Origin: Camelus dromedarius
Lineage: Eukaryota
Length of the DNA stretch: 64,000 bases
Reading direction: 5' to 3'
Assembly: GCF_036321535.1 (NCBI RefSeq)
Contig: NC_087440.1
Location: forward strand, 43,772,001-43,836,000
In this document: in pieces, positions 49,960 to 62,689 of the stretch
Layout of the letters: every line of letters begins with the position of its first letter
Position numbering within the stretch: the first letter of the stretch is position 1
Notes under the pieces: model-generated
Seen by the model: only the letters and a program-made list of their open reading frames with translations
Told to the model about the DNA's origin: nothing
The model's database searches: none
Made by a program: the position numbers and the translations under genes

Positions 49960-51645
49960 AATGTCTGACCTCCCTCTCCTTCTAGGCACTTGGAGATATT
50001 ATAGGCCCTCATTTCCTTGAAATGAGACATGGCCATGGACTTGCTTTGGCCAACAAAGTGTAAGTGGAAATGATGTGAATCTCTTCCAGGCAGGAACATT
50101 TATGAACCAATTTGTGATTCAAGCTCTGCTTCCTTGCCAGGATGACTGCTGGAGACCTTTGTTTGGATGGCAGCATCATAGGATGATGGACACTCTGTCA
50201 TCTTGGGTCTCTGAGTGCTGCAATGGGTGGGTCCCCTGGTGACCTGTGTTGAACAGGGAGTATAGGTAAGAAATAAACTTTTGTGCAATATGCTGTTGAG
50301 ATTTAGGAGTCCTTTTTTTTTTCTTTTTTTTCTTTTTTTTAACATTTTTTATTGAGTTATAGTCATTTTACAATGTTGTGTCAAATTCCAGTGTAGAGCA
50401 CAATTTTTCAGTTATACGTGAACATACATATATTCATTGTCACATTTTTTTTCGCTGTGAGCTACCACAAGATCTTGTATATATTTCCCTGTGCTATACC
50501 GTATAATCTTGTTTATCTATTCTGCATATGCCTGTCAGTATCTGCAAATTTTGAACTCCCAGTCTGTCCCTTCCCACCCTCCTCCCCCTTGGCAGCCACA
50601 AGTTTGTATTCTATGTCTATGAGTCTGTTTCTGTTTTGTATTTATGTTCTTCTTCTTCTTCTTCTTTTTTTTTTTAGATTCCACGTATGAGCGATCTCAT
50701 ATGGTATTTTTCTTTCTCTTTCTAGCTTACTTCACTTAGAATGACATTCTCCAGGGACGTCCATGTTGCTGCAAATGGCGTTATGTTGTCGGTTTTTATG
50801 GCTGAATAGTATTCCATTGTATAAATATACCACCTCTTCTTTATCCAGTCATCTGTCGATGGACATTTAGGCTGTCTCCATGTCTTGGCTGTTGTAAATA
50901 GTGCTGCTATGAACATTGGGGTGCAGGTGTCTTTTTGAAGTAGAGCTCCTTCTTGATATATGCCCAGGAGCGGGATTCCTGGGTCATATGGTAAGTCTAT
51001 TCCCAGTCTTTTGAGGAATCTCCATACTGTTTTCCATAATGGCTGCACCAAACTGCATTCCCACCAACAGTGTAGGAGGGTTCCCTTTTCTCCACAGCCC
51101 CTCCAGCATTTGTCATTTGTGGACTTTTGAATGATGGCCATTCTGACTGGTGTGAGATGATACCTCATTGTAGTTTTGATTTGCATTTCTCTGTTATTGA
51201 GCATTTTTTCATGTGCCTATTGATCATTTGTATTTCTTCCTTGGAGAATTGCTTGTTTAGGTCTTCTGCCCATTTTTGGATTGGGTTGTTTGTTTTTTCT
51301 CTTATTAAGTCGTGTTAGCTGCTTATATATCCTGGAGATCAAGCTTNNNNNNNNNNNNNNNNNNNNNNNNNNNNNNNNNNNNNNNNNNNNNNNNNNNNNN
51401 NNNNNNNNNNNNNNNNNNNNNNNNNNNNNNNNNNNNNNNNNNNNNNNNNNNNNNNNNNNNNNNNNNNNNNNNNNNNNNNNTATTGCTTGGGTAGACTGCC
51501 CTAGGAGAACATTTCTGAGATGTATGTGAGATAATGTTTTGCCTATATTTTCTTCTAGGAAGTTTATTGTATCTTGTCTTATGTTTAAGTCTTTGATCCA
51601 TTTGAGTTCTTTGTTGCTGCAGCACAAACTAGACTAACTTGATCA
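49960..51645 (+). mobile_element. MLT1J-like MaLR LTR split near its 3' end by the L1 at 50312-51608
   Basis: catggacttgctttggccaac...aaataaacttttgtg...gagatttaggagt resumes as ctttgttgctgcagcacaaactagactaacttgat at 51609. Confidence 0.7.
50312..51608 (-). mobile_element. 5'-truncated L1 (camelid-type), about 1.3 kb, damaged ORF2 C-terminus
   Basis: ORF 50722-51204 is L1 ORF2 ([14 protein letters not shown]...[18 protein letters not shown]) ending at a premature TAG after ILSEVS. 3'UTR related to that of 27262-28095. TSD not clean. Confidence 0.92.
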
Positions 51646-52511
51646 ATATTTTATAAAACTTTGTTTTTCTGTAAGGCTCTTCTACTGGATAGAAACATTA
51701 TTTTAATATCATGTCTTGTATGAAGCTAAGGTGTGACTCTATAGAGAGTAAATATTTTTTTTAAAAACTGAAAAAAGAGTCAATATTTAACCTTTTTAAT
51801 GCCCTCCAGAGCAGGAGAGATTTGCCACTTCTTCTGCATATCAAAACACAAACATTATATTCCCTGCAAGTCCTCTCTCTGCAAAGATCCTCTGTTTTTC
51901 TGCTTATGCGTGGTTTCTTGGCTTTTCACCATCCAGGCTACTCTCTTGATAACTTTTGTTTTGCCCATGTCCCATTTAATTATATTGCCTAGAACTGAAT
52001 ACAGTTCTTAGCAAATCAGATACTACAGGGGGATTATTACTTGACTTTTCTGAGATTTGTGATGATGGTTAATTATGGTTATTCATTCTAAGCACATTAT
52101 TTTAGACCATGTTCAGGGCTGACATTTTTACATAGGTCCCAGCACTGGGTTTGGGTCAGGAAGTGTCTGGCCCTCATCAGTCCCCTTTGGAAGACGCTGC
52201 TCTTTGGAAAGCAACAACATCAGGAACACAGCATGGACCGTATCTGAGGTCCAGCTCTGGAGAGAATAGGAGTAACTGAAGGTTTTTCAATAGAAGAGTA
52301 ATAAGGACACATTTGTGTTATGAACTTTGGGAAAAGTAAAAAGAATAATCACTAGGTGATACATCTTTGGGAAGGGATGAGACTAAAAGCAGGGAGACCA
52401 GTCAATTAATCAATCAACCAAGCAATTCGCATAATGTATTGATTGTTTACTAAGTGTAATACTGAAATACACTGGTTGGCCATAGGTGAACAAAACATAT
52501 ACCTGAAGACA

Positions 52512-52839
52512 GGAAGGAGTAGGTGGAGGAAAGATGGCCAATGGATTTGATATTTCAATCAAATATTGAAAGTAATACATGAACAAACTGAAAGGACAGA
52601 AGTTCACAAAACCACCTCAGAAGCTAGTTTTTCATCTAGTGAAGGAAACTCTTTGTCAAAGCATGAAAACAAGAGGAAACTAACTACCAATTTAAAGTCT
52701 AAAGCCTTCTGGGGAGGGTCTGATGACAGTAACTTAGAAATCAAAGCTGCTTTACGTCCAATAAACCATAACACATCCACTGATGATTTTTATGGCTTAT
52801 GACCTGTAACATCTGTTGGAAATAAAGTCTTTAAACAAA

Positions 52840-52870
<31 letters not shown>
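52512..52870 (+). pseudogene. KIZ: 5'-truncated processed pseudogene of kizuna centrosomal protein (KIZ/PLK1S1), C-terminal coding part plus 3'UTR and poly(A)
   Basis: ORF 52566-52802 ends ...SSSEGNSLSKHENKRKLTTNLKSKAFWGGSDDSNLEIKAALRPINHNTSTDDFYGL. This matches the KIZ C-terminus as I recall it (...SSEGSPLSRHENKKKPVINLKSNALWDESDDSNSEIEAALRPRNHNTDDSDDFYD). AATAAA at 52821-52826 is followed 15 nt later by A29 (52842-52870). The 5' boundary is approximate and no clear TSD was found. Confidence 0.8.
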
Positions 52871-52873
<3 letters not shown>

Positions 52874-54359
52874 CAGGCTTTGTAAGGTAGTGGATTTGAG
52901 AAGCAGCGGTTTCCAGTGATGACAAGGTCCACGGATGTAACAAGAAACCCATCTCAAATGGTTTAAAAAATAAACTTAAGTGTCCAGAAGTAAGGTTGTT
53001 TCTATTCGATCAGGGCTGTCCCCACTTTTCCCCTCTATTTCTTTGGCTCTTTTCTTTAGACTGATTTTCCTCACGGTTGTAAGGTGACAATCATCAGCAA
53101 TGAAGAATCTGTATTTTTATATTAGTGTTACTGTTAAGCCAAGTAGTTCACATTCCTTTACTGTTAGGAACAGGGTAACATATTTTATACTTTGGGATTG
53201 ATTTTTTGTAGCAGATTTGTAGCAGGCATGCCTCCTGTTATCCTCCCACAGTCATGATAAAAGTTGCTAAGTGTCAAGTACTAATCTATTAAGCCTGGAT
53301 TCTTTCTTAGAACCCTTTTTCATGCTGTGCTATTGATAACTACCACAAGCGATTAGAGCAGGGACACAAAATTGAATATTCAAATGGTTTACAGGACCAA
53401 GTGAGACGACTATGAGTGAGTCCTGACCCATTTCAGGCTTTTCACCTCTTATGACTGCAAGATTATAGATTTGCGTTGTTTTGCGCACTAACTTTGTGAT
53501 GATTTGCTATAACGATAGAAAAGGAACACAACTGTAGTAATAATTTTTCTGGAAGTCTTAAATTTGAGACCACTCTGAAGGAAAAGTAACCGGCATTATG
53601 TAATAGTCACCACAGTTAACAATTTGCCGCAATGGCTACTCTGTTATAGAGCCCTTCTACGTGGGTCTCTCGTGGGCGCTTCACTGTAGCTTAGTCAGGC
53701 AGAAAAGCCATACTGGTGCATATTTTATCACTAAGGAAACTGAGCCTCAGAGAGATGATGTAGCATGGACAGAGAGGGGTTCAGTTCTCCATCTTCCCTT
53801 GCTGAATCCTCGGCATTTTGGCCTGTGTGCCAGCCCACTGCTAGTAAACCCTGAGAAGACTTTTAATAAACAGGAGTCTTATTTCTGTATCCAAGGGCTT
53901 AATTACAGTTTGGAGGGTGGGCAGCTACTTGGATTTCAAACCAATCTTAAAAGTTATGAATATCTTTGAATCTGTTCTCAATAAATCTTCTAGGGCTTTG
54001 TTTGTGGGTAAGTGAGTACAAAGACATTACAGAGTTTCTATTATGGCCTTGAGAAAATTATAAACAACTTCGCTTGTTTTCTGAGTCAAGGAAATCACGT
54101 ACTTGTTCAGCTCCTGGGAATATAGAGAATAAATGACTCTCCTGCTATGGTTTATTATTTTTTTTCAAGTTTCAGTTTATTTGTATAATTCATTTGATTT
54201 TACATTTAGTATTACTGAACTAATTCAGTTTTAAACTGATAATTTATGTCAGTCATGGAGTAGAAAGGTCTAGGTCATGACTAAAGATTAATAGTGGGTA
54301 AAAGGGTTGGATTCTGCCATGGAACATGGTAAGCTAGCAGGTCAGTGTTGGTGGTGGTT

Positions 54360-54570
54360 ATAAGTGGGACACTTGAGGTTGAATTCTGGCTTCCTGCTTA
54401 CTAGTTGTGTGACTTTTGGCAAGTTATTTATCATTTTGTGCTATCAATTCTTCATCTGTAAAATGGGGGTTATAAAAATTGTTACCTTATAGGGTTTACG
54501 TTGAGAATTAATTGAGATACTGTGTGAAAAGTATTTAAAAGAGTGCTACATAAATGTTGGTTACTACTGT
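54360..54570 (+). mobile_element. MIR
   Basis: ttactagttgtgtgacttttggcaagttatt...ttcttcatctgtaaaatggggg...cataaatgttggttactact. Confidence 0.85.
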
Positions 54571-55430
54571 ACAATTTCTGTTTAAATTCATTACTTTTAA
54601 AACAGAAGAAAAACTTTTTAAAAAACATTTTCTAACATTGACGTAACTGAACTATTTTACACCGGTTACCATTATACTTAAGGTAAATATTTTGCATCTG
54701 TAGTAAGGAAACTAATGCTTATATGATGCTACTATGTTTCCTAGTAAATAAAAGTTTTTAACTTTAAACTGGAGCTGTTTAACCATACATTAATGGAGAC
54801 AACACCACATGGAATTTAGAAAATGTGGTATGCAGAGCAAATTATGAATGAGTTCTCTAGCAGAACATTTTTCCAAATAGCATGAGGAGAACTAAACAGT
54901 TTTGCCAAGTTGCCAAAATCTTGGCATTTTTTACTGAAAACTTCAAGTCACAGTTCTTAGTTTTTTCCAACTTATCTTTAAAATTGGTGACAATGTTTAT
55001 ACATAAAAGAATCACTGTATGTAGTATGTGGCATTCTATATACTAAAAAAAAAAAAAAAAACAAAACCCCAACAACAAAAAACAAAACACAAAAACCCCA
55101 ATAACAAAAGAACAATTCTGCAATGTGAAAACTTAGGTAAAAATAAATATCTTATTAAAGCTTATTAAATAAGATACTTAAGCAGTGATTTTTAAGGCTC
55201 ATGTTCAATTAATAAACAAAAATTTTAAATGTTATTTGATTAAAAGGATACTTAGTTTTCAGGAAGGGAGTAGTGGTTCTAAATCAAAAGTATTGTATCA
55301 ATAAAAAGGTGATTAATATATAGTATATTTCAGTTTATATATAACTTATTGGAGAAACTAGAATTCTTAGTTTTAGCATTATTAATTCCTTTGTGAAAAA
55401 TAGAACTTCATTTTATTTCAAAACTTGGGT

Positions 55431-56775
55431 AGAGTCAACAGTCTCCTCAACAAGTGGTGCTGGGAAAGCGGGACAGCTACAGCTAATCAAGGAAATTAGA
55501 ACACTTCCTAACACCATATACAAAAAGCAAATCAAGATGGTTTAGAGACCTAAATATGACATGACACCATAAAACTCCTGGAAGAGAACATAGGCAAAAT
55601 AATCCTGACATAAATCGTAGCAATATTTTCTTAGATCAGTCTCCTAAGGCAATAGAAATAAAAGTAAAAATAAACAAATGGGACCTAATTAAACTTGAAA
55701 GCTTTCACACAGCTAAGGATAGCATAAACAAAACAAAAAGACAACCTACAGTATGGGAGAAAATACTTGCAAATGATGCAACTGACAAGGGACTAATTTC
55801 CAAAATATACAAATAGCTCATATAGCTTAATATCAAAAAACCAAGCAACACAATCANNNNNNNNNNNNNNNNNNNNNNNNNNNNNNNNNNNNNNNNNNNN
55901 NNNNNNNNNNNNNNNNNNNNNNNNNNNNNNNNNNNNNNNNNNNNNNNNNNNNNNNNNNNNNNNNNNNNNNNNNNNNNNNNNNNNNNNNNNNNNNNNNNNN
56001 NNNNNNNNNNNNNNNNNNNNNNNNNGAATGATAAATGTTAGAGAGGGTGTGAAGAAAAAGGAACCCTCCTACACTACTGGTGGGATTGTAAATTGGTGCA
56101 GCCACTATGGAGGACAGCATGGAGGTTCCTCAAAACACTAAGACTTACCTGTGATCCAGCAATCCCACTCCCGGGCATATATCCGGATAAAACTATAATT
56201 TGAAAAGACACGTGCACCATAATGTTCACAGCAGCACTATTTACAACAGCCAAGACCTGGAAACAACCCAAATGTCCATTGACAGATGACTGGATAAAGA
56301 AGATACGGTATATATTTTTACAATGAATACTACTCAGCTATAAAAAAAATGAAATAATGCCATTTGCAGAAACATGAATGGACCTAGAGATTATCATATT
56401 AAGTGAAGTAAGTCAGACAGAGAAAGACAAATATCATATGATACCACTTATATGTGGAATCTAAAAAAAAAAATACAAATTTTATTTGCGAACCAGAAGT
56501 AGACTCATAGACATAGAAAACAAACTGGTTACCAGAGGGGAAGTTGGGAGGGACAGATTAGGAGTTTGGACTAACAGATACACATTACTATATATAAAAT
56601 AGATAAACAACAAGGACCTACTGTATAGCACAGGGAACTATATTCAGTTTCTTATAATAAACTGTAATGGAAAAGAATCTGAAAAAAAAAGTATGTATAT
56701 GTGTAAGTGAATTGCTTTGCTATACACCTGAAACTAACATTGTGAACTGACTACACTTCACTAAAAATAAGAATT
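55431..56775 (+). mobile_element. 5'-truncated older cetartiodactyl-type L1
   Basis: Frameshifted ORF2 3' part (caacaagtggtgctgggaaa; acaacctacagtatgggagaaaat) and 3'UTR aaggacctactgtatagcacagggaactatattc. No clear TSD. Confidence 0.9.
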
Positions 56776-59700
56776 AGAAAAGTACATGTTTATGGCCTCA
56801 TTGTGGAGATATGATGCCAGTTGGGGATATGGCTGACTGTGGTCCCCAGGAGAGGCAAAACAGGGAGTTTGATAAAGCGAGAACATCCAACAGATATTCT
56901 CATTTTTCAAAGCAACATTTTAAGATGAGTAAGTTGTTAAGTATGTGGGAAAGAGCCAGACTGTGTCTTTGGGAAATAAGTGTCTTTTGGTAGGTGGCTA
57001 GGAGTACATGGGAACTCTGAGTAGAGGTCCTGCCTTGTGCACCTTAAGTTCAGGAGAATTACCAAAGGCAAGAGAAACAAATGGGTTAGGATAGGAGGCA
57101 CTAGCCCCAAAAGTTATATTTTCTGATTCTAGAGCAATAGCTACTTTTCTCTATACGATTTATGTTTTTTTTCCCTCTGGATGGGTGGGAAAAGATTTCA
57201 GTTTATATCTGTCCTTAGGGAGAGGAGGATTTATGGAGATCTTGATTACTACAGAATTGGGGAATTTTAAACATTTATCCCAAGCACACACATCATATAA
57301 CAAGTCTGAAAACTCTGGATTAGAAAACTTGCTTCTTCTGAGAGCTGCTATCTTTAGGGGGGATTAAAAAAAAAAAGCACATTAACTTAATTTAGTGCTT
57401 AATTTTCAGAAAGAACTAGAAAATGTTTCAATAATGTGCTTTGTTCAATTCAAGTTGTTCCTGGCCTCACCTCTCACAGATACAGATAAGAATAGAACAA
57501 CAACTCTTCAAAAATTTCTGGCTCTATTCCCACCACTCTCACTAATTTAGGGCCTCCAGCTTTCTAAAAGTTCTCCTCTGAGTAGGATGACTATCGTGGT
57601 TAATGGGAAATGCAGTCTAAGTTTATGCTTGTTATACCGGTGTTTGCTTTTGTTTTTGTTTTTGAATTTGTCCTGGATTTCTTATTTCTTTAAACAAAGT
57701 ATTATTATTAATACTTGCTTAGCTATACCAGTGAGGATTTGGAAGATACCCCCTTTTTATGTCTCTATCCTGCCTTGGTCTGTTCTAGTATTGGGTGAGA
57801 TTCAAGTACAGTGAACAAGTTTCTCACCTTAATACACTTTTGCATCTGAAAGTATGACCAGCAACAACTTACATCTCTTTTTCCAACCTTTTCCAGACTC
57901 AGTGTAACTAACAGGGACAGCATCCAGAGCTGATAAAACCAAGTGGATGTGGGCAGGAGTGACTGTTTTCTTTTGGGGATAGTGGTGGGAAAAATATCTG
58001 GTGCTACCTGCCACTTGTTGTATCAGCCAGTTCCTTTCTGGCCTGTACAACTTTGTTTTCAAACCAGGAAGACTTCAAAATTTATCCTACATAAGCCATG
58101 AAGAAACTGAACTATTACAGCTTGGTGTACTTGATTTAATTTTGAAAATCTATAAACGCTGGAGTCTCTTAGCTTATGGAAAGAATACTTTGATGGTACT
58201 ACAATTTTTAATTGAATAAATATATTCTTTATTGAAATGAAATAAAGGAAAGAGGGGAATGATTATACCATATCCATTTCTGATGAAATATTCAAAAGAA
58301 TAATAGAGAAAAGCTTTTTCTTATAACATATTTTTTGGAGAAAGAGACTCTGAATGGAGGCAGAAATACAGTAAAAATAGTTGGGATAAAAAATTTAAAA
58401 ATTGAAATATGAACAACAAAATTAGAATTGAGAATATTCTCCAGGAGAATTTTTTCTGTTGAATTTTCTAGGTATGTCAGCATCTGTCTAGAGCATTTTC
58501 TTAATTAATATGTTGTTGTCTATAGAAAACAGTCAGTTTTAGGTCTCAACAATTTTAGGTTTTCTAATCACAAAATTCAGTTTTAAGGTGATTACATATA
58601 ATTTTATATAACAAAACATAACAGGACAATTTTGAAAACATACGTTCTTCCAAACAAAATATACCATTGACATGGTGTTCGAAAAAGGTACAGCTGAAAA
58701 GATTGTTGAGTATATTCAAAGAATGATTGTTCTGCTTACATTATTTTTAATGTTCAGATAATGATTATAAGAAAATACTTTTTACTTTGCTTTAATATCC
58801 TGGATTACTGTTATTTTATTTTTTTAAGAAAAATTTTCTGTATGAAAATAGTTTTTGAATGGAACTATTTTATAAGAACAAACTATGACAAAATCAATTT
58901 GGTAGTCAATAAACAAAAGGTTAAAGTGATGTGATTTTGATTATATTTATAACAGCCCTTATCACTCAGTTGTGTCCCTGTTTGGATGATAAATAGCCTT
59001 CCTCTAGGCCTATTTAGGAATCCCCTGGACATGTCTTATACATGCTGCTGTAAGTTAGCACTCCCAAGGGTCCTGCTGAAACTGCATTTTCTGCCAGAGT
59101 CCAACACTATTCCATGAGGCACACACCTCTGCCAGGTGCCACGACTGCGTGGTAGAAACACGGTGTCATGGCGTTGGGCAGGTAGTGGTGTCTAGTCGCA
59201 CAGACTGGGAAGCTGCTTGGTGATGCAGGTGTAGCCACAGTGCCGGCCGAGAAATTCCCAGTGGTTTCCTTTGCCTTGACTGGAACAAAGCTGACGTTCA
59301 GGCCAGAGGAGCAGTCAGGGAGACATGCTCTCTTCCTTTGTCTTACACGCTCTTAGAGGGTCTTAAAGAAGTGTGGCTGTTGCTTCTATGATTTGTAGTG
59401 TTCTTAGTGAATTTGTTTTTAAGTTTTGCTTGGTGTCTGTCTGTTTCTATGATGTGTCTAAGGGCATTCATGGGAACAAAGTGCACTGCAATGTGCCCAC
59501 AATCACCTTGTCCCTCTGGCATTTAGAGTCAGTCTTCTTTTTAATGAGTTCCCTCCCAGGAGACACTCTAGTCCCCTACAAATAGACACTTGTCAGGCCA
59601 TCCCCCAGGTTTACCAGACATTTCCAGACATGTCTCAGACTCAGCAGTGGTATAACTGAAGTTGTTTCCCAGGAGGCTTCCAGCTCCCTTGCCAATAGAT

Positions 59701-59799
59701 TTCTCTCAAACCTGTTTTAACAGTTAAAGTCTGAATTCCCACAGTGGGTACAGCCTAGACTCAAACTGAGAGTTCCATTACATAACGAATTTAACAAGT

Positions 59800-60500
59800 A
59801 ACAAAATGTTTACAGCAATTCTTTATCTTGAGGGCATTCAACAAGTATCTGTCAGGTATCTACAAAGGGGACAGGCATAGTATTAGCCAGATATATACAA
59901 ACAAATCTAAGTTACTGTCCTCATCTTAAGTAATCCAGTCTGATAGAGAGATGCTTACAGGTAGGTAATTATAATACATTGTGACAGTTTATGTGATAAC
60001 ATTATAACACAGAGGTGGATATGCATACGCACAAAAAGAAAGAGATATGAAAGGAGAAAGTATGGCTTCAGATTTCTGGAGTGTAGGGGTATGTTTATGG
60101 TGGAGAGGAACAGGGTGAAGGTAATGATGTGTGGAATGTAGGTTGAAACATAGACATAGGCCAAGTACAAACACTATATTCCATGCTAAGGAACTTCAAC
60201 AATTCAGAATCCCTAAAAGATTTCAAACATGACAGAGACTTGGTCTTATATGTATTTTAGAGAAATGGCTTTTGCTGGAGGGGGTGGGTATGCATTAGAT
60301 TGCACTTGTAACCCAGTAGAATGATCACAGAAAGATGAATGGAGTGTTGCAATTGTCCAGGCAAGAGTTGATGAATAATGGGCAATGGGAAAGGAGAGGA
60401 TATTTCCATTGTTTAGGAGGCAGAACAAATAGAACTCAGTGACTGGATCTGAGTGTGAGATGGGTAGGAATCTATGAAGGCTCCTGGCTTCCTTATCTGG
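59800..60500 (-). mobile_element. L2 fragments
   Basis: cattcaacaagtatctgtcagg; ccatgctaaggaacttc; agttgcaattgtccaggcaagagttgatg-type antisense motifs. Confidence 0.6.
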
Positions 60501-62689
60501 ACAGCTATATGACGACATACTTAAAATTACTTGAAACAGGGAATACAGGATAGGAAAATTTTTCGAGAGGAAAAACAATGCATTCTCTGTTATAAATGAC
60601 TAGTTAAAGGATAGGGCAAGAATGGAAAAAGGAGATAAAAATGCAGGGAAAGAAAATAGAGAGACAGGAAAAATAAACATGGACAGACAGGCAAAGACAG
60701 AGAACAATGTGGGAGAAAATCATAAAAAGACGCAGAGTAACATCTAGGTTTATATTTGAGAAGTAATTCCATTTTCAGTTCTTGGTAAGATGGCATCTAA
60801 AAGCAATACCTGTTTTAATATCACAACTATAGGCCTTGATGTTGTTTTTAATTCATGATTACAAGCTGAATAATTATTTGGTCTCTGAACTGGACAAAAG
60901 TAAAGAACGCTATGGAAAAGGGAGAGAAAATATAACAGAGACCAAGCCTGGTTATTCTGCAATAAAACCGGTGTTTATCAATGATGTCAGTGCTTGCAAA
61001 GAAACTTGTGTCTTTAAGATTAGTATTCCAGAAAAGCCAACTTAACTTTTTCACTGGATTCATAGTCAGGTTAAGATACTGGAAACTGAGGAGCCAGAAA
61101 GATGGGAAACATCTTACAGCCGTTTTTCAGTTTCTTTCGTGGACTGGGTAGGTTAGCCATATAAGATAGAATCGTAGAAGACTGGAGAGAATTCACATAG
61201 GTTGGTTTCCAAGCACTGCTTCCATAATTGCTTCCACATAAAAATAATCACTTGAGCTTGCCTGGCCAAATGTTCTCACATACACAGAACTGTTTTGGTG
61301 GGATGGTAAGATTGATTTTGGAGTAAATACAACACTTCTAAATAAACAAACTAAGGAATATTTATAAAGAACTGGGTCTTTTGTTCAGGGAATACATGCC
61401 TTGTCAAAATTATGAAGCTTACTACAATCAATGTTTTAAAACTGTTAAAGAAAAATAAAAATTGTTTGAATTTTTGCCTCAGAAAATCACTATGAACCAA
61501 AAGTATTCTCTCTGAATTTTGTTCTGAAATCACCAAGGGCAGATATAGTTTGAAATATGAATTATATTAGAATATCCAATCAGCATCCAATTGATTTTCA
61601 GTTCCTGGAACTGTGGCTTCAAATTTAATCAATGCAGAGTAGAGGATCAGTAATTAAACAGTAATGATTTTTTCAAGTGGAAGTAGTTAATATTATTGTA
61701 GATTGCTTTGCTGTGAGTGGTTTCAGGCTCTTAATGATTTTGTAAATGATTTTGGGAACAAAAGCAAGCTTTCAATTACATTATTATTTCAGGCCTTAGT
61801 TATGGAGTTTAAACAAAGGTACATAAACTTATCACAGAAAAGGTATGTGACAACCTGAGAATTACTTTACTAACTTGTGAGACAGCCTCTTCAGAAAAAG
61901 AAGGCTCCTCTGATTGTTTTGATCATTCGCCAGCCAGCTCATATATGAGATATGCTTAAAAAGCAAACAGTTGTGCTGGGCGGAAGAACAAAAATGAGCA
62001 AGCCTTCAAACCAGATTTCTCTTCAACAAAGCAAATACTGTGGGTTCTTATTCTAGTGGTTTGGAAACACTAGGGGACCACATCCATAGTTACAGCCACC
62101 ACAGGGAGTGGATTGCTTTTTGCACTGTGGTTATCGTGAGATATTGGCCTAAAGCATGTAGGCTATGTTGCCCAGAAGGAGGCCTTATTAGTCCAGTGGT
62201 GGTCAGATTGCTCCAGAGGAAGGACTGAATTAATCTGTTAGTGACACACTGCTCCATATGCTCTCCAAACCTTAAGTGGAGAAAATTTAAGCAAGTCTTG
62301 GGAATTCAGCACAATGGAACTCCATCGATCACAAAAAGTGATGCAGTGAACGATGGAAAAATCAGTGAGAGAGTTGGTTCTAATATCCCAAACAGAAGTC
62401 TCTCTTAGTGATGTACACCACCATCTTTTCAGCCTGACCACCTACAAGGAAAGGATGGGGTGCAGTGGTGATAGTTAGGATAGTTTTTGTGCACAAATTC
62501 CATGAACTTGACAGTTTGGGCACAACACTATCTGGTAGGGCATGTATTACACACAACTAGTGCAGAACTAGTTGCAGCCAGTCAAAATTTGGTGTGAAAC
62601 ATGACGTGCCGTGAGCTACTCATTTACTGCAATCAAATGATTCTTTCTCTTGGGTGGTGCTGTGAAATCAATAGAATAAAAGTCGTCTA

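Larger units (their letters stand above)
21716..56025. other. Six N-runs, all inside or at the edge of repeats: 21716-21844, 21998-22138, 27667-27855, 31993-32249, 51347-51480, 55857-56025
   Basis: Read directly from the sequence. Confidence 0.95.

Noticed and set aside
46921-55112. Other A/T-rich tracts (46921-46970, 49724-49744, 55045-55112) as further retrocopy tails
   Set aside because: No correctly spaced AATAAA, TSD or recognisable transcript body beside them.
62238-62441. Strong-looking minus-strand acceptor (cctttccttgtag) followed by a 67-codon frame
   Set aside because: No good donor downstream and an unrecognisable peptide; isolated acceptors are common.
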